From: Longimicrobiales bacterium
GTDB lineage: Bacteria > Gemmatimonadota > Gemmatimonadetes > Longimicrobiales > Gaopeijiaceae
Direction of reading: 5' to 3'
DNA length: 64,000 nucleotides
Assembly: GCA_965202985.1 (NCBI GenBank)
Contig: CBDBCF010000001.1
Span: 2,855,940 to 2,919,939, forward strand
The translations under genes and the position numbers were made by a program. Every line of letters starts with the position of its first letter. Position 1 is the first letter of the stretch. Below the pieces are notes generated by a model that was not told the origin of the DNA, searched no databases, and saw only the letters and a list, made by a program, of their open reading frames with translations. Shown here one piece after another: positions 1 through 9,726 of the stretch.

Positions 1-85
1 AGCAGGTGCAGGCGTACGACTCGCTGCTGACCGTCCGCTACGAGGGTCGGGGTCAACGAGGAAGTCGGGGAAGGGGAGGGAAGCG

Positions 86-1450
86 ATGAACAGGTGGATC
101 GCGTTCGCCGCAACGGGTCGCGCGATGCGAAGAAGGCCGGGGTCGGCGCCGACGTGGCGGGTCGCGCTGGTCGGGACGGCTTTGATGACGGGAGGGATGC
201 TGCCGCAGACGGCGACCGCCCAGGAAGCGGGCGATTCGATCTCCTTGGAAGAGGCGCTCGAGCTGGCGCTGGTCCACAGTCCTGAGCTGGCCCAGCGGCA
301 GGCGGCCCTGTCCAACGCGGACGGGACCCGGCGGAGGGCGTGGGGCTCCTTTCTTCCCAACGTCAGCGTGGGCTCCGGGGCGTCGGTGCAGAGTCAGGAC
401 CGCTTCGACCCGAGCACGCAGCGCGTCGTGACCGGAAGCGCCGACTCCTACAACGCTTCGCTGAACGCGTCGTATCAGCTCTTTCAAGGCGGACGAAAGT
501 TCTCGGAGCTGGATCGGAGCGACGCCCAGATGCTGGAGGCCCAAGCCCGGTTGCGGGATCAGCGCTTCGTTCTTCTCCTGCAAACGCGGACCCTCTTCGT
601 GAACGCGCTGCGCCAGTCCGAACTGGCGACGGTGGCCGAAGCCCGAGTGGCGCGCGCGGAAGAGAGTCTCGAGATCACGCGAACCCGCGTCCGGCTGGGA
701 ACCGGGACTCGGTCGGACAGCCTGCGGACCCGCTTGGAGCTGGCCAACGCGCGCCAAGCGCTGCTGCAGGCTCGGAACCAACTGCGGTCGGCGCAGTTCG
801 CTTTGGGACGCCAAGTCGGCGCCGCGGGACCCGCTCTGCCGCGACCGCCCGGCGACTTGGACCCGGCGCCTCTGGCGCTGTCCGAGGAAGAGATCGTGGA
901 GTTGGCCGAATCCGTTTCGCCGGCGGTCCTGGCCGCTGAAGCCGCCGCGTCCGTGGCGCAGTCGGCGGAAGGGAGCGCGCGCAGCTCGTACTTGCCGTCG
1001 CTCTCGGTGTCCTCGGGCTACACCTGGGCCAACCAGCAGGCGGCCCTGACCGGCGGCGCCACGAGCTGGAACGTCCGCGTGTCGGGCAGCTACCAGCTCT
1101 TCGACGGCTTTCAGCGGTCCGCCAACCTGAGCCAGGCCTCGGAGACCCGGCGCGTGGCCCGTCTGACCGAAGAGGACGCCCGCCGCGGCGTGCGCCAAGA
1201 CGTGGACGCGGCGATTCGGACGCTGGAAACCCAGGAGCAGGCCATCGCCATCGCCCGCGAGGCCGTGGCCGTGGCCGAAGAGGACCTTCGCTTGGTGCGC
1301 GAGCGGTACGCCGTGCAGATGTCCACGGTTCTGGACGTGATCACCAGCCAGGTGGCGCTGGACCAAGCTGAAGCAGATCTGGTCTCGGCGCGGTATGACT
1401 ACGTGGTAGCCAAGGCGGAACTCGAATCGATCGTGGGGAGGACGTTGTGA
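86..1450 (+). CDS. TolC family outer membrane efflux protein
   Basis: Signal-peptide-like N-terminus, [11 protein letters not shown], two OEP-type repeats (FLPNVSV/YLPSLSV...YQLFxG), first gene of an ABC efflux operon. Confidence 0.9.
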   Translation: MNRWIAFAATGRAMRRRPGSAPTWRVALVGTALMTGGMLPQTATAQEAGDSISLEEALELALVHSPELAQRQAALSNADGTRRRAWGSFLPNVSVGSGASVQSQDRFDPSTQRVVTGSADSYNASLNASYQLFQGGRKFSELDRSDAQMLEAQARLRDQRFVLLLQTRTLFVNALRQSELATVAEARVARAEESLEITRTRVRLGTGTRSDSLRTRLELANARQALLQARNQLRSAQFALGRQVGAAGPALPRPPGDLDPAPLALSEEEIVELAESVSPAVLAAEAAASVAQSAEGSARSSYLPSLSVSSGYTWANQQAALTGGATSWNVRVSGSYQLFDGFQRSANLSQASETRRVARLTEEDARRGVRQDVDAAIRTLETQEQAIAIAREAVAVAEEDLRLVRERYAVQMSTVLDVITSQVALDQAEADLVSARYDYVVAKAELESIVGRTL

Positions 1451-2193
1451 TGGACGGAAGCGGAAACGGCGCCGGCAACGGCGCAAGCGCGGACCCGGGC
1501 GTCGTCATTCGGACGCAGGACCTGCGGAAGTACTACGTGCTGGGCGCCGAGACGGTGCGGGCGGTCCGGGGCGTGGACCTGGAGATCCGGCGCGGCGAGT
1601 TCGTCGCCATCATGGGGCCGTCGGGCAGCGGAAAGTCCACCTTCATGAACCTGATCGGCTGCCTGGACACGCCCACCGACGGCGAGTACTGGCTCAACGG
1701 CCGCCGCGTGTCGGAGCTGTCGGACGACCAGCTGGCGCGGGTGCGGAACCGGGACATCGGCTTCGTGTTCCAAACCTTCAACCTGCTGCCCCGGGCCACG
1801 TCGCTTCACAACGTCGAGTTGCCGCTCATCTACGCGGGAACGCCGGCCAAGGAGCGGCGCCGGAGGGCCGAAGAGAACCTGAGACGCGTGGGGCTGGCCG
1901 ACCGCATGGGACACAAGCCGCCGGAGCTGTCCGGGGGTCAGCGGCAGCGCGTCGCGATCGCTCGGGCGCTGGTCAACGCGCCGGCGCTGCTGCTGGCCGA
2001 CGAGCCGACGGGGAACCTGGACTCGCAGACTTCGCGCGAGATCGTGGACATCCTTCGGCGGCTGAACGAGTCGGGCCAGACGATCCTTCTGGTGACGCAC
2101 GAGCCGGACATCGCCGCCGCCGCGTCGCGCCAGGTGCACTTGCACGACGGGGTGGTGGAGCGGGACTTCCTCAACTCGGGAGCCATGAACTGA
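1450..2193 (+). CDS. ABC transporter ATP-binding protein (MacB/LolD-like)
   Basis: Walker [10 protein letters not shown], signature LSGGQRQR, Walker [13 protein letters not shown]. Confidence 0.95.
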   Translation: MDGSGNGAGNGASADPGVVIRTQDLRKYYVLGAETVRAVRGVDLEIRRGEFVAIMGPSGSGKSTFMNLIGCLDTPTDGEYWLNGRRVSELSDDQLARVRNRDIGFVFQTFNLLPRATSLHNVELPLIYAGTPAKERRRRAEENLRRVGLADRMGHKPPELSGGQRQRVAIARALVNAPALLLADEPTGNLDSQTSREIVDILRRLNESGQTILLVTHEPDIAAAASRQVHLHDGVVERDFLNSGAMN

Positions 2194-3725
2194 TGCTTGG
2201 CGGACGAACTCTCCGGGCAGGACGCGGCATGCCCGCGGCGCTGGCGCTCGTGGGCTTGGCCGTTGCCGCGTGCGGGCAAGCGCCGGAAGAAGCCGGGGTC
2301 GTGGTGCAGACGGCGCCGGTCGAGGTCCGGGACATGCGGATCACCGCCGAAGCGGCCGGCGAGCTGGAGCCGGTGCACAAGGTGGAGGTCAAGTCGAAGG
2401 CCTCCGGCGAGATCCTGCAGCTGTACGTCGATTCCGGCGACGAGGTCGAGCCCGGCGCGTTGCTGGCGCGGGTGGACCCCAGGGATGTGGAGAACGCGCA
2501 CGATCAGGCGGTGGCCGACTTGGACGTGGCTCAAGCGCGCCTGTCGATCGCCCAGGCTCAGCTGTCACGGTCCCAAGAGCTGCTGGAATCGGAGGTCATC
2601 ACGGCCCAGGAGTACGAACAGCGTCAGCTGGAGCACGCCAACGCCCAGGCCGCCCTGGTTCGAGCGCAGACCAACCTGGAGCTGGCCGAACTGCGCCTGA
2701 CCGACGTGACGATCCGGGCACCCATGGCGGGCACGGTCCTGGAGAAGCAGGTGGAGGACGGCCAGGTGATCCAGTCCGCCACCGGCAACGTTTCGGGCGG
2801 CACGACCTTGTTCGTCATGGCGAACTTGGACGACATGCGGGTCCGCACCTTGGTGGACGAGACCGACATGGGACCGCTTACCCCCGGGATGGTCGCGACG
2901 GTGAGCGTGGAGGCGTTCCCGGATCGGACGTTCCAGGGCCGGGTGGAGAAGATCGAGCCGCAGGCGGTCGTGCAGCAGAACGTGACGATGTTTCCGGTGA
3001 TCGTGCTGCTGGACAACCGGGCCGGGTTGCTCAAGCCGGGCATGAACGCCGACGTGGAAGTGCTGGTGGACGAGCGGCCCGGCGCGCTGACGGTGCCCAA
3101 CAACGCCGTGGTGGACCCTCGCGAGCTGGCGCCCGCAGCAGAGGTGCTGGGCCTGGATCCGCAGGCCGTCGCGGTGGACCGGTCGGCTTGGCCTCCGCTG
3201 ATGGCGCAGGCCGCGGCCCGCAGCGGCGCGTCGGGGCCGGGAGTCGGCGGGCAGGAGGCCGTCGCGGGCCGAGGAGGTCCGGGGGCCGCGCTTGGTGGAG
3301 AGGGCATGGCGGGCATCCGGGCCCGAATCCAGTCGGGCGAGATCACCCCGGATTCGGCACGAGCGCTCTTCGCGGCGGCTCGGGGTGCGCGCGGCGGCGC
3401 CGGAGCCGGGGCTCGCGGGGGTCGGGGCGCAATGAACTTCGGGGCCGGCGGCGCAATGGCCGGTGCGGGAGCGCGGCCGGCGGCCGGCGGGTCCACGGGA
3501 GAACCCTCGTACCGGCCCGCCATCGCCTTCGTGGTCGACCAGGCCGGCGAGATTGCGGCCCGCCCGGTGGTCATCGGCCTCAGCGACTGGGACTTCGCGG
3601 AAATCCTTGCGGGCCTGGAAGAGGGCGAGGAACTGGCCCTCATTGGCGCGGCCCAGCTTCAGGCCCAGCAGCAAGAGCGCATGGAGCGGATGCGCAGCCG
3701 CATGGGCCGGCCTTTCGGGGACTGA
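2193..3725 (+). CDS. MacA-like periplasmic adaptor (membrane fusion protein), lipoprotein
   Basis: Lipobox VAAC, VEVKSKASGEI lipoyl motif, coiled coil, TIRAPMAG, LKPGMNADV. Confidence 0.9.
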   Translation: MLGGRTLRAGRGMPAALALVGLAVAACGQAPEEAGVVVQTAPVEVRDMRITAEAAGELEPVHKVEVKSKASGEILQLYVDSGDEVEPGALLARVDPRDVENAHDQAVADLDVAQARLSIAQAQLSRSQELLESEVITAQEYEQRQLEHANAQAALVRAQTNLELAELRLTDVTIRAPMAGTVLEKQVEDGQVIQSATGNVSGGTTLFVMANLDDMRVRTLVDETDMGPLTPGMVATVSVEAFPDRTFQGRVEKIEPQAVVQQNVTMFPVIVLLDNRAGLLKPGMNADVEVLVDERPGALTVPNNAVVDPRELAPAAEVLGLDPQAVAVDRSAWPPLMAQAAARSGASGPGVGGQEAVAGRGGPGAALGGEGMAGIRARIQSGEITPDSARALFAAARGARGGAGAGARGGRGAMNFGAGGAMAGAGARPAAGGSTGEPSYRPAIAFVVDQAGEIAARPVVIGLSDWDFAEILAGLEEGEELALIGAAQLQAQQQERMERMRSRMGRPFGD

Positions 3726-3726
3726 C

Positions 3727-4941
3727 GTGTTCATCGTAAAGGAGACGTTCGTGGTGGCGCTGGCGTCGATCCGCGCCAACGCGCTGCGGTCCGCACTGAC
3801 CACGCTGGGCATCGTCATCGGCTCGGCGGCGGTAATCGCCATGGTGGCGCTGGGCGAAGGGGCTCAACGCCGCGTCCAAGAGCAGATCGAGAACATGGGC
3901 ACCAACATCCTCACCGTCCGGCCGGGTCAGGGCTTCTTCCGCGGCGTGGCCAGCGGCAGTCGGCGGCTGGAAGAGGACGACGCCGTGGCTTTGCGCAATC
4001 AAGTCGGGGACCGGTACCAGATTGCGCCCGAGATCGAGAGTCGCCTGCAGGTGTCGTACCTCAGGTGGAACTCGTCGAACTCGGTGGTGGGGACGTGGCC
4101 GTCGTACTTCTCGGTCCACGACCACGAGATCGCCCACGGGCGGTTCTTCGACGAGGGCGAGGTGCAGGGCCGGCGCAAGGTCGCCGTGCTCGGGTCCAAC
4201 GTGCCCGACGAACTGGGGACGCCTCCCGGCTTGCTCGTGGGCCGCCGCATCCAGATACGGGGCATCCCCTTCGAGGTCGTGGGCGTGCTCAAGGAGAAGG
4301 GCGGCGCGATGTGGATGCAGCCCGACGACCAAGTGTTCGTGCCGTTGTCCACGGCCATGTACAGGGTCATGGGAGGACGCGACCGGCTGCGGTCTATCTA
4401 CGTCGCCGCGCCTTCTCCCGAGCTGCTGGACCCGGCGTGGGCGGACATCGACCGGGTCGTCCGGCGCGAGCACAGGATCCTGCCCACCGAGGACGCCGAC
4501 TTCAGCATCCAGCGGTCGTCGGACATCTTGGAAACGTTCGGCGAAACCCAGCAGACGTTCAACCTGCTGCTGGCCGGAATCGCCGCCATCAGCTTGCTGG
4601 TGGGCGGGATCGGCATCATGAACATCATGCTGGTGAGCGTGACCGAGCGTACCCGCGAGATCGGCGTTCGCAAGGCCTTGGGCGCCACCCGCAAGACGAT
4701 CCTGTTCCAGTTTCTGATCGAGGCGCTGGTTCTGTGCGTGATGGGGGGCGCCCTGGGCGTTCTGACCGGCGTGGGGAGCGCCGAGGCGATCCGGCGAACA
4801 GCGGAATGGAACGCCATCGTGGCGCCCGAAGCCGTCGCCGCGGCGCTGGGCTTCTCGGCGGCGATCGGACTCTTCTTCGGAATATGGCCGGCTCGGCGCG
4901 CCTCGATCTTGGACCCGATCGACGCCCTGCGGTACGAGTAG
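3727..4941 (+). CDS. ABC transporter permease (MacB/FtsX family)
   Basis: RSALTTLGIVIG, GGIGIMNIMLVSVTERTREIGVRKALGA, DPIDALRYE; GTG start at 3727 inferred. Confidence 0.95.
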   Translation: MFIVKETFVVALASIRANALRSALTTLGIVIGSAAVIAMVALGEGAQRRVQEQIENMGTNILTVRPGQGFFRGVASGSRRLEEDDAVALRNQVGDRYQIAPEIESRLQVSYLRWNSSNSVVGTWPSYFSVHDHEIAHGRFFDEGEVQGRRKVAVLGSNVPDELGTPPGLLVGRRIQIRGIPFEVVGVLKEKGGAMWMQPDDQVFVPLSTAMYRVMGGRDRLRSIYVAAPSPELLDPAWADIDRVVRREHRILPTEDADFSIQRSSDILETFGETQQTFNLLLAGIAAISLLVGGIGIMNIMLVSVTERTREIGVRKALGATRKTILFQFLIEALVLCVMGGALGVLTGVGSAEAIRRTAEWNAIVAPEAVAAALGFSAAIGLFFGIWPARRASILDPIDALRYE

Positions 4942-5802
4942 CTATCGCTCCCGCGGGTAGCGGATCACGACCCGCAAGCGCCGGCGCACCACGGTGAGTT
5001 CGTACGGAACCGGCGAGCCCGAGAGCGCGGCCCGTAGTTCCGTCAACGTCGCCACATCCCGCCCGGCCAGGGAGACGATGACGTCGCCCGGCCGGAACCC
5101 GGCCACGGCCGCCGGAGTCGAGGCCAGCACGTCGGTCAACAGGACGCCGGCCCCCACGCCGAAGTAGCGTCCCAGCTCGACGCCGAGGTCCCTGGCGCGG
5201 GCGCCTCCCAGGACGAATGGGCTCCCGGCCGTGCGCGGCGACGTCACACGAAACCCCATCGCCACCGGGGGGACGGTGTCGGTGTGCTGGGCCCCGGAGT
5301 CGCCCCTGCCCAGCTCGGCTTCGCCGGTGGACAGCACGCGAAGCAGAGAATCCATGGTCCGGAACAGCCGCGACTGCGCGCGCACGAAGCGGTCCGCGGC
5401 CAAGCCGGCGTCGATCGCCGGCGGACGCTGGCCGGCCACCACGGTCAAGGCGTGCTCGGCGCCGTCTCGAACCACGGTCAGCCGCAGCATCTGGCCCGGC
5501 GACAGCTCCGACGCCGCGCGCGCCAGCCCGCCGCCGGAAACCGGTGCGCCGTCCACGGCGACGACCACGTCGCCCGGGCGCACGCCTCCGCGGTGGGCGG
5601 GGCCGCTCCGATAGACGTCGGCCACGACCACGGACTGGCCGACCGCGTCGAATCGGATCCCGACCCAACCCCGAGCCTGGGCGAACGCCGGTTCCTGAGC
5701 GGTGCCGCTGGCAGCGCACGTGGCCGCCACCGCCGCCAGAAGGGAAGGGGAGCGGAGGCGTGCGGGCCGGCGGCAGGAGCGGGCGCGGGAGCGGATCGAC
5801 AT
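4942..5802 (-). CDS. Secreted PDZ-domain protein (two PDZ domains)
   Basis: GWVGIRF...SGPAHRGGVRPGDVVVAVDG and TPAAVAGFRPGDVIVSLAG; signal peptide; downstream of sigma/anti-sigma. Confidence 0.8.
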   Translation of the reverse strand: MSIRSRARSCRRPARLRSPSLLAAVAATCAASGTAQEPAFAQARGWVGIRFDAVGQSVVVADVYRSGPAHRGGVRPGDVVVAVDGAPVSGGGLARAASELSPGQMLRLTVVRDGAEHALTVVAGQRPPAIDAGLAADRFVRAQSRLFRTMDSLLRVLSTGEAELGRGDSGAQHTDTVPPVAMGFRVTSPRTAGSPFVLGGARARDLGVELGRYFGVGAGVLLTDVLASTPAAVAGFRPGDVIVSLAGRDVATLTELRAALSGSPVPYELTVVRRRLRVVIRYPRER

Positions 5803-5810
5803 CAAGCGGC

Positions 5811-6464
5811 TCAGTGCCAGCCGTCGCGGCTGATGCTGCGCAGGAGCTGCTGCCGCTCGGCCACCATCGTCGCGAGGATCTCGTTGAAGACCGGATCGGC
5901 CGGCGCCTCTTCCACGGCGGCGCGGCTGGCGGCCCAGATCGTTTCGACGGCGGCTAGGCGAGAGGCCGGATCCCGGGGGGCCGACACGGGTTCGCCCGAC
6001 CCGAGAAGACGCTGGTAGTCGTCGTAGGCGGCGGCCCACGCTTCTTCTGCGCTCTGGACGGCGGCTCGGGCGTCCTCCAAGCTGGCCGGGGCCGCGTCGT
6101 CGCGCGCAACCGCGGTCGCGCCGTCGCTGGTCTGCGGCTCGGGCGCGACGCCCACGGTCCAGCCGAACGCGGTACCGCCCGTGAAGAGCACCAGCGCCGC
6201 GGCCGCCTGCACCCACTTGCGCCACGGCTGGTGCTGGCCCACCCGCTCCCGCAAGAGGCCGGCGGCCGCCAACCGCGCCCGGATCGCCTTCCAGCCGTCG
6301 GGCGGCGGCAAGACGTCCGGCAAAGCCCCCAGCGCGGCCGTCTGGGCGCGGAGCGCCTCCAGCTCGCTGCGCAGCGCAGGGTTTGCGTCCAGGGCTGCCT
6401 GCTCCTTCGGCGTCGGCGGCTCGCCGACCAGCCGCGCCAACTGTTCCAGGCTCAACCGCTCCAT
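5811..6464 (-). CDS. Putative anti-sigma factor (single TM)
   Basis: MERLSLEQLARL start with GGAGG SD, central TM WVQAAAALVLFTGG, overlaps ECF sigma stop. Confidence 0.65.
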   Translation of the reverse strand: MERLSLEQLARLVGEPPTPKEQAALDANPALRSELEALRAQTAALGALPDVLPPPDGWKAIRARLAAAGLLRERVGQHQPWRKWVQAAAALVLFTGGTAFGWTVGVAPEPQTSDGATAVARDDAAPASLEDARAAVQSAEEAWAAAYDDYQRLLGSGEPVSAPRDPASRLAAVETIWAASRAAVEEAPADPVFNEILATMVAERQQLLRSISRDGWH

Positions 6465-7012
6465 GCTTCTGCCTCCCTTGTTTCCAGTTCGTCTTCGTAG
6501 CCTGCGAGAAGGACGCGCATCTTCGCGCGCGCCTTGAACAGCTGGGACTTGGACGTGCCCGGAGTCACCCCCAGCGATTCGGCGATCTCCTCGTGCGTCC
6601 ACTCCTCCACGTCGTGCAGGATCAACACTTGCCTCATGCCGGGAGGAAGCTGGGCCAACGCCTCCTCCAGCCTTCGCCCCAGCAGCGGGTCGCCGGTCCG
6701 GGGCGCCACGGGCACCACCTCCGGGAACGGCGCCTCCAACTTCTTCCTCTTCTGCTCCTTGCGCTGGGCTTGAATCGCAGTGTTGACCGCGATCCGGTGC
6801 AGCCACGTCGACAACCTGGATTCGCCCCGGAACCCGGGAAGCGCCCGGATCGCCCGGATCCAAGCCTCTTGGGCGTAGTCGTGCGCCAAGTCGTCGTCGC
6901 CCGCAATCCGACGCACAACGGCGTAGACGCGCGGCGCGTACCGGTCGTAAAGGGCGCGGACCGCCCGCTCGTCGCCTTCGCACGCCTTGCGAATCAGTTC
7001 CGCTTCGATGAT
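6452..7012 (-). CDS. ECF (sigma-70 group 4) RNA polymerase sigma factor; start uncertain
   Basis: DYAQEAWIRA, FRGESRLSTWLHRIAVN, HEEIAESLGVTPGTSKSQLFKAR. Confidence 0.9.
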   Translation of the reverse strand: MIEAELIRKACEGDERAVRALYDRYAPRVYAVVRRIAGDDDLAHDYAQEAWIRAIRALPGFRGESRLSTWLHRIAVNTAIQAQRKEQKRKKLEAPFPEVVPVAPRTGDPLLGRRLEEALAQLPPGMRQVLILHDVEEWTHEEIAESLGVTPGTSKSQLFKARAKMRVLLAGYEDELETREAEAWSG

Positions 7013-7110
7013 CCCAAGTCCGGTTGCCTGTGCTCGTTCCGTACCTCGATGAGACGCGGACGGGGCGCGGAAAGGTTGCCGCAGCCGCCGGCCCGTGCAA
7101 CTTATCGGTG

Positions 7111-8307
7111 ATGAACCTTCCCGGCGCGTCCCACTTGGAGTGTACCTGGACCGGACAGGTCCTCGAGTCCGAGCAGCTGGCCGGCTTGTCTCCCGCGGAG
7201 AAGCCGCTGTTCGCCCGCTACGACTTGGCGTCGCTGCGGCAGCGCTTCGCGCCCGAGGCGTTGCGGGGCAGGGAGCCCACGTTGTGGCGCTACGCCGAGG
7301 TCCTGCCCGTCCGAGACCCGGCATGTCGGATCACGCTGGGCGAGGGGTTCACGCCGTTGCTGGAGTCCGCCCGGCTGGCCCGGTCGCTGGACGTGGGCCG
7401 CTTGTGGATCAAGGACGAGGGCCAGAACCCGACGGGGTCGTTCAAGGACCGGGGGCTGTGCCTGGCCGTGTCTAGGGCGCTTGAACTGGGGGCCGAGGCC
7501 CTGGCGATCCCTTCGGCCGGGAACGCGGCAGGGGCCAGCGCCGCCTACGGAGCCCGGGCCGGACTGCCCGTGCACGTGGTGGTGCCGTCCGACACGCCGG
7601 CGCCGATCCTGGCCGAGATACGCGCTCTGGGCGCCGACTTGCAGCTCCTGGACGGCTTGATCTCGGACTGCGCGCGGGTCGTTCGGGAAGGCTGTCGCAA
7701 GCACGGCTGGTGGGACCTCTCCACCTTGAAGGAGCCCTACCGGATCGAGGGCAAGAAGACGATGGGCTACGAGCTCTTCGAGCAGCTGGACGGACGGTTG
7801 CCCGACGCGATCGTGTACCCCACCGGCGGCGGGACCGGCTTGGTCGGCATGTGGAAGGCGTTCGACGAGATGGAAGCGCTGGGCTGGATCGGGGCGGAAC
7901 GGCCCAAGATGTTCACGGTGCAGGCGGACGGGTGCGCGCCCATGGTGCGGGCGTGGGAAGAGGGACGGGACGAAGCGGGGACGTGGGAGAACGCGGTCAC
8001 GTACGCGGCGGGGCTGCGGGTTCCGGGGGCGGTGGGGGACTTCCTGATCCTGCGGGCGCTGCGCGAGTCGAAGGGAGGGGCCGTGTCGGTCGCCGACCGC
8101 GAGATGGCCAAGTGGGTGGAGACCGTGGGGCGGGCGACCGGGATCTTCGCCGCGCCAGAGGGCGGCGCGACGGCCGCGGCGGTGCCCAAGCTGCGGCGGA
8201 TGGGACTGGTCGGCGCCGAAGACGAGGTGGTGCTGTTCAACACCGGCAGCGGTCTCAAGTACGTGGGCATGTCGCCTGCGGACGAACGATCGAGCGCGGA
8301 CGGGTGA
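7111..8307 (+). CDS. thrC: Threonine synthase (PLP, fold type II)
   Basis: ITLGEGFTPL, NPTGSFKDRG (PLP Lys), SAGNA, PTGGGTG, FNTGSGLKY. Confidence 0.9.
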   Translation: MNLPGASHLECTWTGQVLESEQLAGLSPAEKPLFARYDLASLRQRFAPEALRGREPTLWRYAEVLPVRDPACRITLGEGFTPLLESARLARSLDVGRLWIKDEGQNPTGSFKDRGLCLAVSRALELGAEALAIPSAGNAAGASAAYGARAGLPVHVVVPSDTPAPILAEIRALGADLQLLDGLISDCARVVREGCRKHGWWDLSTLKEPYRIEGKKTMGYELFEQLDGRLPDAIVYPTGGGTGLVGMWKAFDEMEALGWIGAERPKMFTVQADGCAPMVRAWEEGRDEAGTWENAVTYAAGLRVPGAVGDFLILRALRESKGGAVSVADREMAKWVETVGRATGIFAAPEGGATAAAVPKLRRMGLVGAEDEVVLFNTGSGLKYVGMSPADERSSADG

Positions 8308-8317
8308 GCCGCCTGCC

Positions 8318-8581
8318 GTGACGGGGGAACTGTTCGTCGGGCTGGCGGTGCTGGCCCTGGCGGCTGGTTGGATTGCGCGGCGGCGCATCGGGCGGCGGAT
8401 TCGCCCGCGGCGGCCCGGCCTGTCGGACGAGGACGTGCGCCAGATCGAGGAGACCGGCGTGCTGGTGCAGACGGGGGATTCGCCGGTGGGGGGCGACGAG
8501 CCCTTGGACATGAAGGCGATCCGCGAGGAGGAGGACCGCTTCTGGTCGTCGGAGTCCTGGGACGAGGCCGAAGAGTACTGA
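8318..8581 (+). CDS. Small membrane-anchored hypothetical protein
   Basis: N-terminal TM, acidic C-terminus, good codon usage. Confidence 0.6.
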   Translation: MTGELFVGLAVLALAAGWIARRRIGRRIRPRRPGLSDEDVRQIEETGVLVQTGDSPVGGDEPLDMKAIREEEDRFWSSESWDEAEEY

Positions 8582-8702
8582 CGCGGGTCCGGCGGGCGCG
8601 TGCCCCCCGCGACCGCGTTACCTTCTTGGACCGCCTGCCGCCCGGATTCCCGCCGCTCGGATTGCCTGGCGTCTCCCTTCGCCGACTCGAGGTCAGCCGC
8701 GC

Positions 8703-9716
8703 TTGACTCGCTTGGTCGTTCCGCGCCCTTCCGTCGCTAGGCGATGTCCCCTGCCGACCTCGACCGGTGCCGCACCTGGGTCGTGCTTGTCGCTGGCGCT
8801 GGCGCTAGCCCTGGCTCCGGCGGGCTGTTCCTCTCCCCAGCCGACGCCGGAGGCCGCTCCGCCGCCCCTTCCCGGCCCCGCCTTGGCGCTCCTGGAGCCC
8901 GATACCGTCCGGGCGCGCAGCCTGGGCGAGGGCGTCTGGTACCGCTTCGTATGGTCGGCTCGCGGGCCGTGGGCCGTGCACTTGGTTTCCGCAGAGACGG
9001 AGCGTTGCGACGTGGGCCTCTCGGTCGTCCCCGCGAGAAGCTCCGAAGAGGGCGGCCGTCAGCCGATGAGGGTGTCGGAGATGGCGCCCGCTGCTCCGGC
9101 CGAAGCGTTGGCGGGCGTCAACGGCGACTTCTTCATGCGCGATGCGGGAGGTCTGCCGGTGGGCTCCGAGGTCACGTCGACGACGCGACGGCTCTCCGAC
9201 CGGCCCGCGTTTGCATGGGGCTCCCGAGGCGCCCCGTGGATCGGCGCGCCGTCTCGAAGCGGCGACGGCTTCGTGGCGTTCGGTCGCGACACCATTGCCG
9301 CGGACGGGTCACCCGGCTCGGATGCGCTTCAGGTCGTGGGCGGCTACCCCGAGCTGCTGGACCAGGGCCGGCGCGTAGGCGACTTGGCGGTCGAGGCCAG
9401 ACCGGCGTTCGCGTCCTCGCGCCATCCTCGTACGGCCGTCGGGTTCGACGCCGAAGCGAGAGTCCTGTGGCTCGTGGTGGTGGACGGCCGGCAGGCCCCC
9501 TACTCGGAAGGCATGTCCCTTCCCGAGCTGGCCGACCTGTTCGTGTCCCTAGGGGTGGGCGACGCCTTGAACCTGGACGGCGGCGGGTCCTCCACCATGA
9601 CTTTGGGCGAGCGCGTCGCCAACCGTCCATCGGACCTGTCCGGCGAGCGCCGAGTCGGGAACAGCCTCTGGGTGGTCAGGGACCCAGCGGCGTGCGGCGC
9701 CGTTTCCCCGCCGTAA
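8703..9716 (+). CDS. Phosphodiester glycosidase (NAGPA) family lipoprotein
   Basis: GVNGDFF, RHPRTAVG, VVDGRQ, ALNLDGGGSST. Confidence 0.85.
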   Translation: MTRLVVPRPSVARRCPLPTSTGAAPGSCLSLALALALAPAGCSSPQPTPEAAPPPLPGPALALLEPDTVRARSLGEGVWYRFVWSARGPWAVHLVSAETERCDVGLSVVPARSSEEGGRQPMRVSEMAPAAPAEALAGVNGDFFMRDAGGLPVGSEVTSTTRRLSDRPAFAWGSRGAPWIGAPSRSGDGFVAFGRDTIAADGSPGSDALQVVGGYPELLDQGRRVGDLAVEARPAFASSRHPRTAVGFDAEARVLWLVVVDGRQAPYSEGMSLPELADLFVSLGVGDALNLDGGGSSTMTLGERVANRPSDLSGERRVGNSLWVVRDPAACGAVSPP

Positions 9717-9726
9717 GGCTCTGGCC